This document shows, piece by piece, positions 24,847-31,792 of a stretch of DNA of 32,000 bases. The position numbers and the translations under genes are program-made. The notes beneath the pieces are model-generated. The model saw only the letters and a list, made by a program, of their open reading frames with translations, made no database searches and was not told the DNA's origin. The first letter of the stretch is position 1. Each line of letters starts with the position of its first letter. Origin of the DNA: Kineococcus radiotolerans SRS30216 = ATCC BAA-149 (GTDB taxonomy: Bacteria; Actinomycetota; Actinomycetes; Actinomycetales; Kineococcaceae); NCBI RefSeq assembly GCF_000017305.1, contig NC_009806.1, positions 150,573 to 182,572 of the forward strand. The letters are read 5' to 3'.

Positions 24847-25054
24847 GGGTCTCCTTCGTCTACCGGGCCCGGCTGCCGCCCCTTCAGGGCGGTACCTGGC
24901 ACCGCGAGCGCGGGGTCGGTCCACCAGGCTGGTTCGTCTGCTGGTCCATCTGGCCGGTCTGCCCAGGCGAGGGCTTCATCTCTGCGAGCTGCTGCCAGCC
25001 GCGCGGTCCTGGCGAGGCGCTCGCCACTGTCTTGGGCGACTGGACCTGCTGTGG

Positions 25055-25429
25055 TCAGAGGTCGATGACGAGGCCATCGGGTTCGCCGGCGCTGTCGTAC
25101 TTCGCCTTCGTAGCGAGCGGTTCGTCCAGAGCCTCGCCCAGGTCCACCGGCCCCAGGGCTGTGCCGTCGGAGAACTGCACGTGGCCGTTGCGGTCGTAGA
25201 AGTGGCCGTTGTCCCACTCCGTCGTCCAGAAGGTCACTCGTGTCGCGCTGGTTCCGGGGCGGGCGAGCAGATGCGCCTGCACCGGAGTCGAGGCGGCTAC
25301 GGCAGTGCGGACGAGCTGCCCGAGCTTGGTGTCCAGACGGCGGGCCTGCTCGGCGTAGACGGCGCGGTCCAGGGCGTCAAGGTCGGCGTCGTCTAGGCCA
25401 GCAAGGGTGTCGATGAGAGGGCTGGTCAC
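25055..25429 (-). CDS. Hypothetical protein
   Basis: GTG at 25429 with AGGAG 7 nt upstream. Only the last 124 aa of track ORF 25055-26107 look coding. Confidence 0.5.
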   Translation of the reverse strand: MTSPLIDTLAGLDDADLDALDRAVYAEQARRLDTKLGQLVRTAVAASTPVQAHLLARPGTSATRVTFWTTEWDNGHFYDRNGHVQFSDGTALGPVDLGEALDEPLATKAKYDSAGEPDGLVIDL

Positions 25430-25488
25430 GGTGAGCTCCTGCTGGTGCTTGCGGGGTGGGGTGCTGTCGTGGGGTGGCGTCAGCTGGC

Positions 25489-25526
25489 GCCGGGTGCCGT
25501 CCGCCTCCTTGCGGGCGGCACCCGGC
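25489..25526 (-). terminator. 16-bp stem (1 mismatch) immediately after gene 25531-26175
   Basis: GCCGGGTGCCGTCCGC-CTCCTT-GCGGGCGGCACCCGGC, starting 5 nt past the stop. Confidence 0.5.
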
Positions 25527-25530
25527 AGGG

Positions 25531-26175
25531 TCAGGCCGGCACGCCGCTGGCGGCGCGCACCCGACGGGCCAGCTCGATCAGCTCGTGCTGGCGCGCGGAC
25601 AGTTCGGCGCCGTCGGCGCAGTCGGCCAGAGTGCGGATGATGCCCTCGACGTCGCAGGGGGTCAGGTCGACGGGCGTGGCCTGCTCGGCGGCCACCGCCT
25701 CCAGGCGTGCGGCCTGAGCGGCGTACCGGGCCGAGGGCAGTTCCCCGCGTCGCATGGACTCGTTCTCGGCTTCGAGCGTCACGTACCGGGCGGCCACCTC
25801 GCGCAGGCGGGCAGCTTCGGTGGCGGGCTCGTCCGTCGTGATGGTGCCGCCGTACGGGGCGTACCGCTCGTCCCACAGGTTGTAGCTGTAGGTGGACCAG
25901 GTGACCGTTGTGTGCTCGGCCAGGTCGGGGCGGTGCTCGGCCGAGGAGGCGGTGAAGACACGGTTGACGCGGTAGGTCTCGGTCAGGACGGCGTCGATGC
26001 GGGCACGGACGTAGTAGGCGCGGGGGGAGTCGGCGGGAACGGGGTGGCCGTTGATGGTGACGACCTCGACCTCGTAGGTGCCGGGCAGGATCGTGTACTT
26101 GTCCCACCAGGACGCGGTGGCGAGGGTGCGGTCCACGTACTCCGTCGCGGCGGGGATGGTCAGTGTGAGCGTCAT
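25531..26175 (-). CDS. Hypothetical protein
   Basis: ATG at 26175 with AGGAGGA upstream. The translation is coherent (MTLTLTIPAATEYVDRTLATASWWDKY...). Confidence 0.6.
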   Translation of the reverse strand: MTLTLTIPAATEYVDRTLATASWWDKYTILPGTYEVEVVTINGHPVPADSPRAYYVRARIDAVLTETYRVNRVFTASSAEHRPDLAEHTTVTWSTYSYNLWDERYAPYGGTITTDEPATEAARLREVAARYVTLEAENESMRRGELPSARYAAQAARLEAVAAEQATPVDLTPCDVEGIIRTLADCADGAELSARQHELIELARRVRAASGVPA

Positions 26176-26200
26176 CGGGATCCTCCTGGTCGGGGGTTCT

Positions 26201-26236
26201 GTGCGTCCTTCACGGCTTAAACCATAGCACACTAGG
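26201..26236 (-). promoter_or_regulatory. Conserved promoter/leader module, copy H (block 1 only)
   Basis: Minus strand reads CCTAGTGTGCTATGGTTTAAGCCG. The GGACAGCGACC block is absent. Confidence 0.55.
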
Positions 26237-26345
26237 CATGAGGTAGGTAGGTGGACTTGGTTCGTGCTTCTGGCGGGCGCGCCGGCTCGGTCGGCGCCTC
26301 AGGGGATGCGCGGAGGTGAGCTGGCTCCGGCGGACCCGCGCGTGT

Positions 26346-26534
26346 TCAGGTCGCCGGTTCGATGGCGGTGACGTTGTAGGAGGTGGTGCGAGAGCTGATT
26401 TCCTCGCCCGCCAGGTGCTGGTCGTCGGCTTCGTCCTCTGAGTCGGCCTCGACCTCGAAGACGATGACCTCGGATCTCTCGACGACGACGCGGTACTTCA
26501 CGGGGGAACGCCCTTCACTGGAGGTGGCGGGCAC
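26346..26534 (-). CDS. Small acidic hypothetical protein
   Basis: High-GC3 frame (VKYRVVVERSEVIVFEVEADSEDEADDQ...). Start is uncertain (GTG 26534 or 26501). Confidence 0.4.
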   Translation of the reverse strand: MPATSSEGRSPVKYRVVVERSEVIVFEVEADSEDEADDQHLAGEEISSRTTSYNVTAIEPAT

Positions 26535-26589
26535 CGTGGGTGGCGGTCCATGGCGCTCGCGGCCGACGTCGTGCGGGTGCTTGGGTGGC

Positions 26590-26623
26590 GGGTCGGGCGG
26601 CGGGGGGAGTCGCCGCCCGACCC
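26590..26623 (-). terminator. 13-bp perfect GC stem-loop
   Basis: GGGTCGGGCGGCG-GGGGGAGT-CGCCGCCCGACCC, located between genes 26722-27108 and 26346-26534. Confidence 0.45.
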
Positions 26624-26721
26624 GTTCCGCCGTCCTTCAGCTGTCGGCGGTGGAAGGGGGGGCTTGGAGCGGGTGCACCGGGGACGGTGGTGCCGCCCCC
26701 GGCGCAGCAGTCGTGGGCTGG

Positions 26722-27108
26722 CTACAGCTCCCCGGCCAGCTGCGGCCGGTACTGGTAGGCCCCGCAGGCGGCGAGGCTCTCGAAGTCCTCACCGACGGCG
26801 TCGGCCAGGTGGTGCAGGCTGGCCAGGAGGTCGGTCAGGGCCGTCCCGAGGTCGACGTCGGCTCCGGTCTGCTCCCAGAATGCCCGGAGCGCTACCGCTG
26901 CCGCTCCGGCGCGCCGGGTGTTGTCGTGGGCGACGTCCTCGGCGCTCGTGCCGTTGCGGAAGCGTCCGTCGCCGTCGGCGAGGGTGAGCGCGGCGGTGAG
27001 GTCCGTCAGGTTCGCCTCGACGGTGAGGGGCAGGCTGGCGGGGGCGATGACGTCGGGGGTGACGTCAGGGGTGACGTGGGCAGCGGGAGTGGAAGTGGTG
27101 GTGGACAT
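26722..27108 (-). CDS. Hypothetical protein
   Basis: ATG at 27108 with GGAGG upstream. The N-terminus contains an HVTPDVTPDV repeat. Confidence 0.55.
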   Translation of the reverse strand: MSTTTSTPAAHVTPDVTPDVIAPASLPLTVEANLTDLTAALTLADGDGRFRNGTSAEDVAHDNTRRAGAAAVALRAFWEQTGADVDLGTALTDLLASLHHLADAVGEDFESLAACGAYQYRPQLAGEL

Positions 27109-27151
27109 GGCCGGTACCTCCGGTGCTGGTTGGTCTCGTGGTGTCGACGGG

Positions 27152-27190
27152 GTCGCTGTCCCGCCAACACGAGAACCATAGCACACTAGT
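27152..27190 (-). promoter_or_regulatory. Conserved promoter/leader module, copy I
   Basis: Minus strand reads ACTAGTGTGCTATGGTTCTCGTGTTGGCGGGACAGCGACCCC. Confidence 0.7.
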
Positions 27191-27265
27191 AGCACGTGAG
27201 GAAGAGGTTGGCCTCGACGTCATGCGGTCACGCCGCTGCCGCGCCCGTGTGCGCGGAGGTGCACG

Positions 27266-27613
27266 TCACCGGCGCGAGATCGCCCGCACAGCGTCGGCCC
27301 GTCCCGCCTCAGTCGGCGCGCCCCAGTCGTAGGCCGGCAGAGCGGGCATGGTCTCCCCGTCGGCGTCGAAGTTGATCCAGTGGATGTCCTCGCCCAGGGA
27401 GCGGGCGTAACGGCTGACGGCGAGGAGGTTGGGGAAGCCCGCGGCCCGCATCGCCTCGTCGTGCTCCTCGACGTCGTCGTGCTGCACGTTCACGAAGAGC
27501 CCGTACTCGTGGGCGATGACGCGCGGGCCGTCGAGCTGGAAGACGGACTCAGCGGTGTCGACTTCGCGCTGGGTGAGGTGGCAGGTGGACAGGTCCAGGT
27601 ACTTCGCGATCAC
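27266..27613 (-). CDS. Hypothetical protein (N-terminal YLDLSTCHLT motif)
   Basis: GTG at 27613 with GGAGGAG 7 nt upstream. The translation is coherent. It resembles small accessory-region proteins, but I cannot name the family with confidence. Confidence 0.6.
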   Translation of the reverse strand: MIAKYLDLSTCHLTQREVDTAESVFQLDGPRVIAHEYGLFVNVQHDDVEEHDEAMRAAGFPNLLAVSRYARSLGEDIHWINFDADGETMPALPAYDWGAPTEAGRADAVRAISRR

Positions 27614-27754
27614 GGGTGACTCCTCCGGCGAGGGCTGGGCAGGTGGTATGAGGGCTGGCGCACCCGTGGGGGCCCACAGGGCGCGGTGGGTCGAGGCAGG
27701 GAGGGGCGCCGCGTCGGGGCCGGCGCCCGCCTCCGGCGCTCCGGCAGGGGGGGC

Positions 27755-28060
27755 TCAGGACGTGCCCATCTCGGGGTACAGGCGGCGCACCTGGGCGTCG
27801 GCCCATGTGCGCCGGTCCTCGGCGTCGTCGGCCTCGTCGAGGGCGTAGGCCCAGTGCTCGGTGCCACGGGTCCGAAGCCCCGCGCGCACCGCGAGCTCGG
27901 CTCCGGCGCGGCTAATCTGGGCCTCAGGGCGCTCACCGTAGTCGGTGGCCGCGTCGTAGGACTCAGCGGCCAGGATGTTGACCAGGTCCAGGCGGTCCAG
28001 GGCTACCCGCACCTGAACCGTGACCATGTGGCGCCCATTGCGGCGCAGGGTGGGCTGCAT
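27755..28060 (-). CDS. Hypothetical protein
   Basis: Coherent translation. Start is 28060 or 28027. Confidence 0.5.
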   Translation of the reverse strand: MQPTLRRNGRHMVTVQVRVALDRLDLVNILAAESYDAATDYGERPEAQISRAGAELAVRAGLRTRGTEHWAYALDEADDAEDRRTWADAQVRRLYPEMGTS

Positions 28061-28136
28061 GCTTCCTCGTCTGGTCGGGGGCTGGTCCGCTAGCTGCTGG
28101 CGGTGTAGTGGACGGTCGAGAGCGTCGAGGTTGGGC

Positions 28137-28433
28137 TCAGCCGACCACCTCCCGCACGGGCACGTAGACGGCCAGGCCCCCGACGTGCAGGCTGGAGAAG
28201 GTGCCCTGTGCCATGGGCACCAGGCCGTCGTATCCCTGGGGGTACTGGGCCTTCAGCGCGAACGCCTCAGCCTCGGTGTAGCCGGGGAAAAGCACCCCGC
28301 CTGCCTTCTCGACCTTGCGGGCTTCTGCCGCGGTGACGGCCTGCGACTCGAGGCCGGCCTCGAAGGTGGTGTCGCCCTTGACGCCATAGGCGCTGTGCTG
28401 AGCGACGGTGTACTGGTCCTTGGCACTGCTCAT
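28137..28433 (-). CDS. Hypothetical protein
   Basis: ATG at 28433. The translation is coherent (MSSAKDQYTVAQHSAYGVKGDTTFEAG...). Confidence 0.55.
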   Translation of the reverse strand: MSSAKDQYTVAQHSAYGVKGDTTFEAGLESQAVTAAEARKVEKAGGVLFPGYTEAEAFALKAQYPQGYDGLVPMAQGTFSSLHVGGLAVYVPVREVVG

Positions 28434-28529
28434 GTGCTGCTGTCCTCTCGGGTGGTTGCGTGGGTTCGTTCTGCTGCCGCTGGCGGTCGGCGCCGGTGCG
28501 ACCAGCTCGCGGTCTGCGGGCGGGCCGTG

Positions 28530-28769
28530 TCAGAGCCGGGTGAGCGAGCTGGTCGGGATGATCGTGACGTCGCCGTCGGCGCGGATGACGCGGGTGTGCG
28601 GGGTGAGGTTGGGGGTGCGCCGGGTGCAGCGGCGGGTGTGCTGGTGCCGCGAGAGGTAGGTGCTGTCGCTGGCGCAGCCGACGTACTCGACCCGGTCCGG
28701 GACGATGAACTTCTGGTCGGTGGCGATGGTGACCGTCTCGCCGGTGGTGGTCCAGGTGGCCTGTTCCAT
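28530..28769 (-). CDS. Hypothetical small protein
   Basis: ATG at 28769 with GGAGG 7 nt upstream. It is the first gene after module copy J. Confidence 0.5.
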   Translation of the reverse strand: MEQATWTTTGETVTIATDQKFIVPDRVEYVGCASDSTYLSRHQHTRRCTRRTPNLTPHTRVIRADGDVTIIPTSSLTRL

Positions 28770-28782
28770 CGGGTGCCTCCGT

Positions 28783-28825
28783 GTCGCGGTGCCTTCAACT
28801 TGTGGCTAAACCATAGCACACTATG
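28783..28825 (-). promoter_or_regulatory. Conserved promoter/leader module, copy J (block 2 degenerate)
   Basis: Minus strand reads CATAGTGTGCTATGGTTTAGCCACAAGTTGAAGGCACCGCGAC. Confidence 0.55.
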
Positions 28826-28894
28826 TACGCGAGAGGTACACGGATCCCGTGACGTCGCATCCCAGAAGCCGCAGCGCACGGAGACGGCGCCGGA

Positions 28895-29479
28895 CTACAG
28901 CTCCAGAGCGGTGACACGAGCTCGGCGTCGACCGCGGTGATCGCGGTCGACGACCACCCGCAGCGCCATTGCCGTGAACCGAGCGCCTGTCCGCAGGATG
29001 ACGGCCGCCTCGTAGACACCGGCCCCGACGTGGTGCAGGTGCACGCTCTTGACGACCGGCGTCACCAGTCCCGCCATGGGCTGAGCGACCCCAGGAGCGC
29101 ACAGCCGGCGCTCGCGGGCGGCCAGGAGCTGCTGACGCCGCGAGACCGTCTGGTAGACCTCCGGACTGCACCAGCGCAGGAGCTGCTGGCGGGGGCGGCG
29201 GCTGGCGAAGACCCCCAGGTAGACGATCATCCATCGCCGCACCCAGTGCTCGACCTCTTCCATGTCCTGAGACGCCACGCCGGCCCCCGGTGGACGAGCA
29301 GGCGCCACGTCCATCGAGAGCACGAACTGCCCCTCGCACTGGGAAGCCTCGCCGAGCGGAGACCTCTCCTCACGAGGTGCTCTGCGGTGGACGTCGCTGA
29401 AGACGACCTGTCGGCTCTCCTCCCGCTGCTTGTCCTGCTGCCTGACGTACTGGCGAGCTGTGCTCTGGATCGTGTCCAC
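28895..29479 (-). CDS. Rv3235-like (DUF6459-type) protein
   Basis: YLGVFASRRPRQQLLRWCSPEVYQTVSRR...AAVILRTGARFTAMALRVV...RARVTALEL follows the GxRPxxQLxRWxxPxVY ... AxAxRLE ... ctaLEL pattern I recall for the Rv3235 family. GTG at 29479. Confidence 0.5.
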   Translation of the reverse strand: MDTIQSTARQYVRQQDKQREESRQVVFSDVHRRAPREERSPLGEASQCEGQFVLSMDVAPARPPGAGVASQDMEEVEHWVRRWMIVYLGVFASRRPRQQLLRWCSPEVYQTVSRRQQLLAARERRLCAPGVAQPMAGLVTPVVKSVHLHHVGAGVYEAAVILRTGARFTAMALRVVVDRDHRGRRRARVTALEL

Positions 29480-29621
29480 GAGCTACTCCCTGGATCGGTT
29501 GGATCGGTGCCGAAGCCGGCTGTCTGGGGCGCGGCCCACGGCCGCGGAGCGGGCTGGAGAGCCACGCAGAGCCGTGAGGCCGGAAGCACGCGCCTCCTGG
29601 CCCCACGAGGGAGCGAGAAGG

Positions 29622-30110
29622 TCAGACCGCGGCGTGCGCGTCGCGCCGCTGGAAGGACCAGGTAGCGGCCTCGTCGTAGCCGGGGAGCCGGTTGATGGCG
29701 GCCCGCTCGATGGCAGCAACCCAGGTCGCCGCTCGGCTCGAGGCCCAGCCCGGGTGCTCGCAGCTCTGGTAGACGTAGCCGCGCGCGGCCTTCAGGATGG
29801 CGACGGTGACGTCAGCGCCCAGGCCGGCGAGCTCTGCGGGCCGCACCGGCTGCCAGCGGTAGGAGAAGACGAGCGCCGCGTACTCGGCGCGCTCGGAGTC
29901 CTCCATCGAGGAGTAGCGGTGCTGGACGCTGAGCACGTTCTCGGCCAGCAACTCCTGGCCCAGTGCATCGGCGCTGATGACGCGGGAGTCGAGGCACACA
30001 GTGTCGATGGGGTTCGTCCCCGGCGCGTGGTGGTAGGCGATGACCTGCCACTGGCGAGCGAAGGTCACCAGCAGGTCGATGTGGTCGTTCGACTGCACGT
30101 AGGCGCTCAC
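29622..30110 (-). CDS. Hypothetical protein
   Basis: GTG at 30110 with GAGGAG 8 nt upstream. The translation is coherent. It is the first gene after module copy K. Confidence 0.6.
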   Translation of the reverse strand: MSAYVQSNDHIDLLVTFARQWQVIAYHHAPGTNPIDTVCLDSRVISADALGQELLAENVLSVQHRYSSMEDSERAEYAALVFSYRWQPVRPAELAGLGADVTVAILKAARGYVYQSCEHPGWASSRAATWVAAIERAAINRLPGYDEAATWSFQRRDAHAAV

Positions 30111-30150
30111 GGTGGTGCTCCTCTATCGGTACCGGTTGTGTGCTGGCCGG

Positions 30151-30189
30151 GTCGCTGTCCGTCCAACACTCAAACCATAGCACACTAGT
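30151..30189 (-). promoter_or_regulatory. Conserved promoter/leader module, copy K (rightmost)
   Basis: Minus strand reads ACTAGTGTGCTATGGTTTGAGTGTTGGACGGACAGCGACCCGG. Confidence 0.7.
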
Positions 30190-30221
30190 AACGAGGTGGG
30201 GAAGGTGGTAGTTTCTCCGTC

Positions 30222-30749
30222 ATGAACTTCTCGGGTGACTACCTCGCCAGCCACTCACGGGAGCTGTGGGAGCAGAACGCGAACGACTGGCTCGGGTTCG
30301 AGCACTTCCCGCAACCGGTCATCGGATGCGAGCCGCCACCCACCGCCGACGAGGTGAGCCGACGTCTGGCGACGGCAGGCTTGCAGGTGGCGCGAGAGGT
30401 GCAGGAGCTCGTGGCGCTGCCCGCCGACCAGCAGGAGGGAGGGGCTGCGCAGGCGTGCCGTGCTCGGTTGGAGAAGTTGCAGGCCGAGATGGCGATGCTG
30501 AGTGAGCTACGGGAGGAGATGGTGAGGGCGGGCGCTCCGTGGTTCACTCGCCACGACATCGTGGTGGGCGATGAGGTGCTGGCGGACGGTGCCTGGTGGG
30601 AGGTCGCCCGTGTGAACCAGAGATCGCTCCGGGTGTGCCCGCTCGATGCCCGGCCGTGGCGCTGGGTGCGGGGGATCGTGCTGGGTTCAGAGTTGGTCGA
30701 CCTGGACCGGGTGCAGGCGCGTCGCACTGCGGCCCACTCGCCACGATGA
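30222..30749 (+). CDS. Hypothetical protein, divergent from module K; possibly leaderless or short-leader
   Basis: High-GC3 frame. TAGTTT (TAnnnT) ends 7 nt before the ATG and no SD is visible. The C-terminal part (IVVGDEVLADGAWWEVARVNQRSLRV) looks like an SH3-like beta domain. Confidence 0.55.
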   Translation: MNFSGDYLASHSRELWEQNANDWLGFEHFPQPVIGCEPPPTADEVSRRLATAGLQVAREVQELVALPADQQEGGAAQACRARLEKLQAEMAMLSELREEMVRAGAPWFTRHDIVVGDEVLADGAWWEVARVNQRSLRVCPLDARPWRWVRGIVLGSELVDLDRVQARRTAAHSPR

Positions 30750-30750
30750 A

Positions 30751-30776
30751 GACCCCCAGCGTGGCCTAGGGGGGTC
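30751..30776 (+). terminator. Stem-loop directly after the stop of gene 30222-30749
   Basis: GACCCCC (30751-30757) pairs with GGGGGTC (30770-30776), followed by ACTGTTGTG. Confidence 0.45.
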
Positions 30777-30982
30777 ACTGTTGTGCTGGATGCGCTGAGG
30801 ACGGCCAACGCGTGCCGTTCGGGCGGGGACGCCCCGGTCAAACAGCGGCATGGCCCGCGGGGGTGGGGTCGACGCATACAGTAATGACGCCACTTACCCA
30901 GCGCTCCGAGGTGTGCCCGGGGCAATGAGGCGCTGGGATTGGAAGCGGACAGCGGGGGGTGAGTCCCACTACGCTCCGCGTC

Positions 30983-31792
30983 ATGAGCTGGGCTGACATC
31001 GACTGGGGCAACGCTCCAAGCTGGGCTGCCTTCGCGGCAGCCAGCATCGCGGCAACCTTCGCAGCACGAGCCTACCGGCGCGAGGAGCGACGAGACCGGC
31101 TCAAGACGACGCTTGAGATCAGGGAACAAGCGTCGAAGGTGGGAGCCTGGGTGGAGAAGAACCAGGGGTCCGACCTGGTTGTGCGCATCATGAACACGAG
31201 CGATCTGCCCGTGACGCAGGCGCGCCTTCGGGTGCATGTGACGTGGGAGCCATGTTCTGCGTACCGCTTCCACACCGTGCGTCACGATGGCGTCCGAGTG
31301 GGCAGCGGCTATGAAGACTTCGAGCTCGGGACGCTTTCGCCTAAGCATGATCAGATGTTCCCAGTCTCGCTCGAAGCTGAGCTCGCACTCGCTACGGCTC
31401 GATCTGCAACGTTGGAGCTGCAATTCGACGACGCTCAAGGGGTCTCGTGGACTCGAGATAATGGGCGTCTTGAGTCGGTGAAGCTCGGCCTCCAACCGGA
31501 GTGGCTCGCGGAAGTCCTCCGCTGGCAGGTAGAGAAGGAGCCAGGGCCGGTCAGCCAGTTCGTCCGCGACTATCAAAGGTGGGTGCCGTACTGGTTCAGG
31601 GAGGTGCGCCGGTGGATGCCTGATGCCGTTCGTGGCAATCGACGTCCCTTCCCGCAGATGCCTCGTAGGCAGCGGTCGGAACCACCCAGGATGCTTTCCT
31701 TGCGGGAGCGACGCATTCCCGACAAACGGGTCGACCTCACCAAGCCGCCTCTTGAACCGGGTGACCAGGGCCGGCCTCAAGAGCACGAGTGA
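30983..31792 (+). CDS. Hypothetical membrane-associated protein with atypical (lower GC3) codon usage
   Basis: Contains the N-terminal hydrophobic segment PSWAAFAAASIAATFAA. The translation is coherent. The alternative GTG at 30959 is in frame. The antisense 567-aa ORF is rejected. Confidence 0.55.
   Translation: MSWADIDWGNAPSWAAFAAASIAATFAARAYRREERRDRLKTTLEIREQASKVGAWVEKNQGSDLVVRIMNTSDLPVTQARLRVHVTWEPCSAYRFHTVRHDGVRVGSGYEDFELGTLSPKHDQMFPVSLEAELALATARSATLELQFDDAQGVSWTRDNGRLESVKLGLQPEWLAEVLRWQVEKEPGPVSQFVRDYQRWVPYWFREVRRWMPDAVRGNRRPFPQMPRRQRSEPPRMLSLRERRIPDKRVDLTKPPLEPGDQGRPQEHE

Noticed and set aside
24893-24988. 31-codon ORF (MKPSPGQTGQMDQQTNQPGGPTPRSRCQVPP) in the 208-bp gap between genes 25055-25429 and 24175-24846
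   Set aside because: GC3 is high, but no SD is visible, the composition is low-complexity, and the ORF is very short. The evidence is not enough to call a gene.
7956-30189. The 11 repeated modules as a CRISPR array or an integron attC series
   Set aside because: Repeat spacing is 0.8-5 kb rather than 25-70 bp, and the intervening DNA is protein-coding, so it is not CRISPR. No integrase gene or RYYYAAC/GTTRRRY core sites are recognisable. The module sits at a fixed short distance upstream of an SD and start codon and contains a good extended -10, which fits a promoter better than a recombination site.
30935-30958. Possible twelfth, plus-strand copy of block 2 (ATTGGAAGCGGACAGCGGGGGG) upstream of gene 30983-31792
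   Set aside because: Only about 10 nt resemble block 2. The invariant TAGTGTGCTATGGTT block is absent at the expected distance, so this is probably chance similarity in GC-rich DNA.
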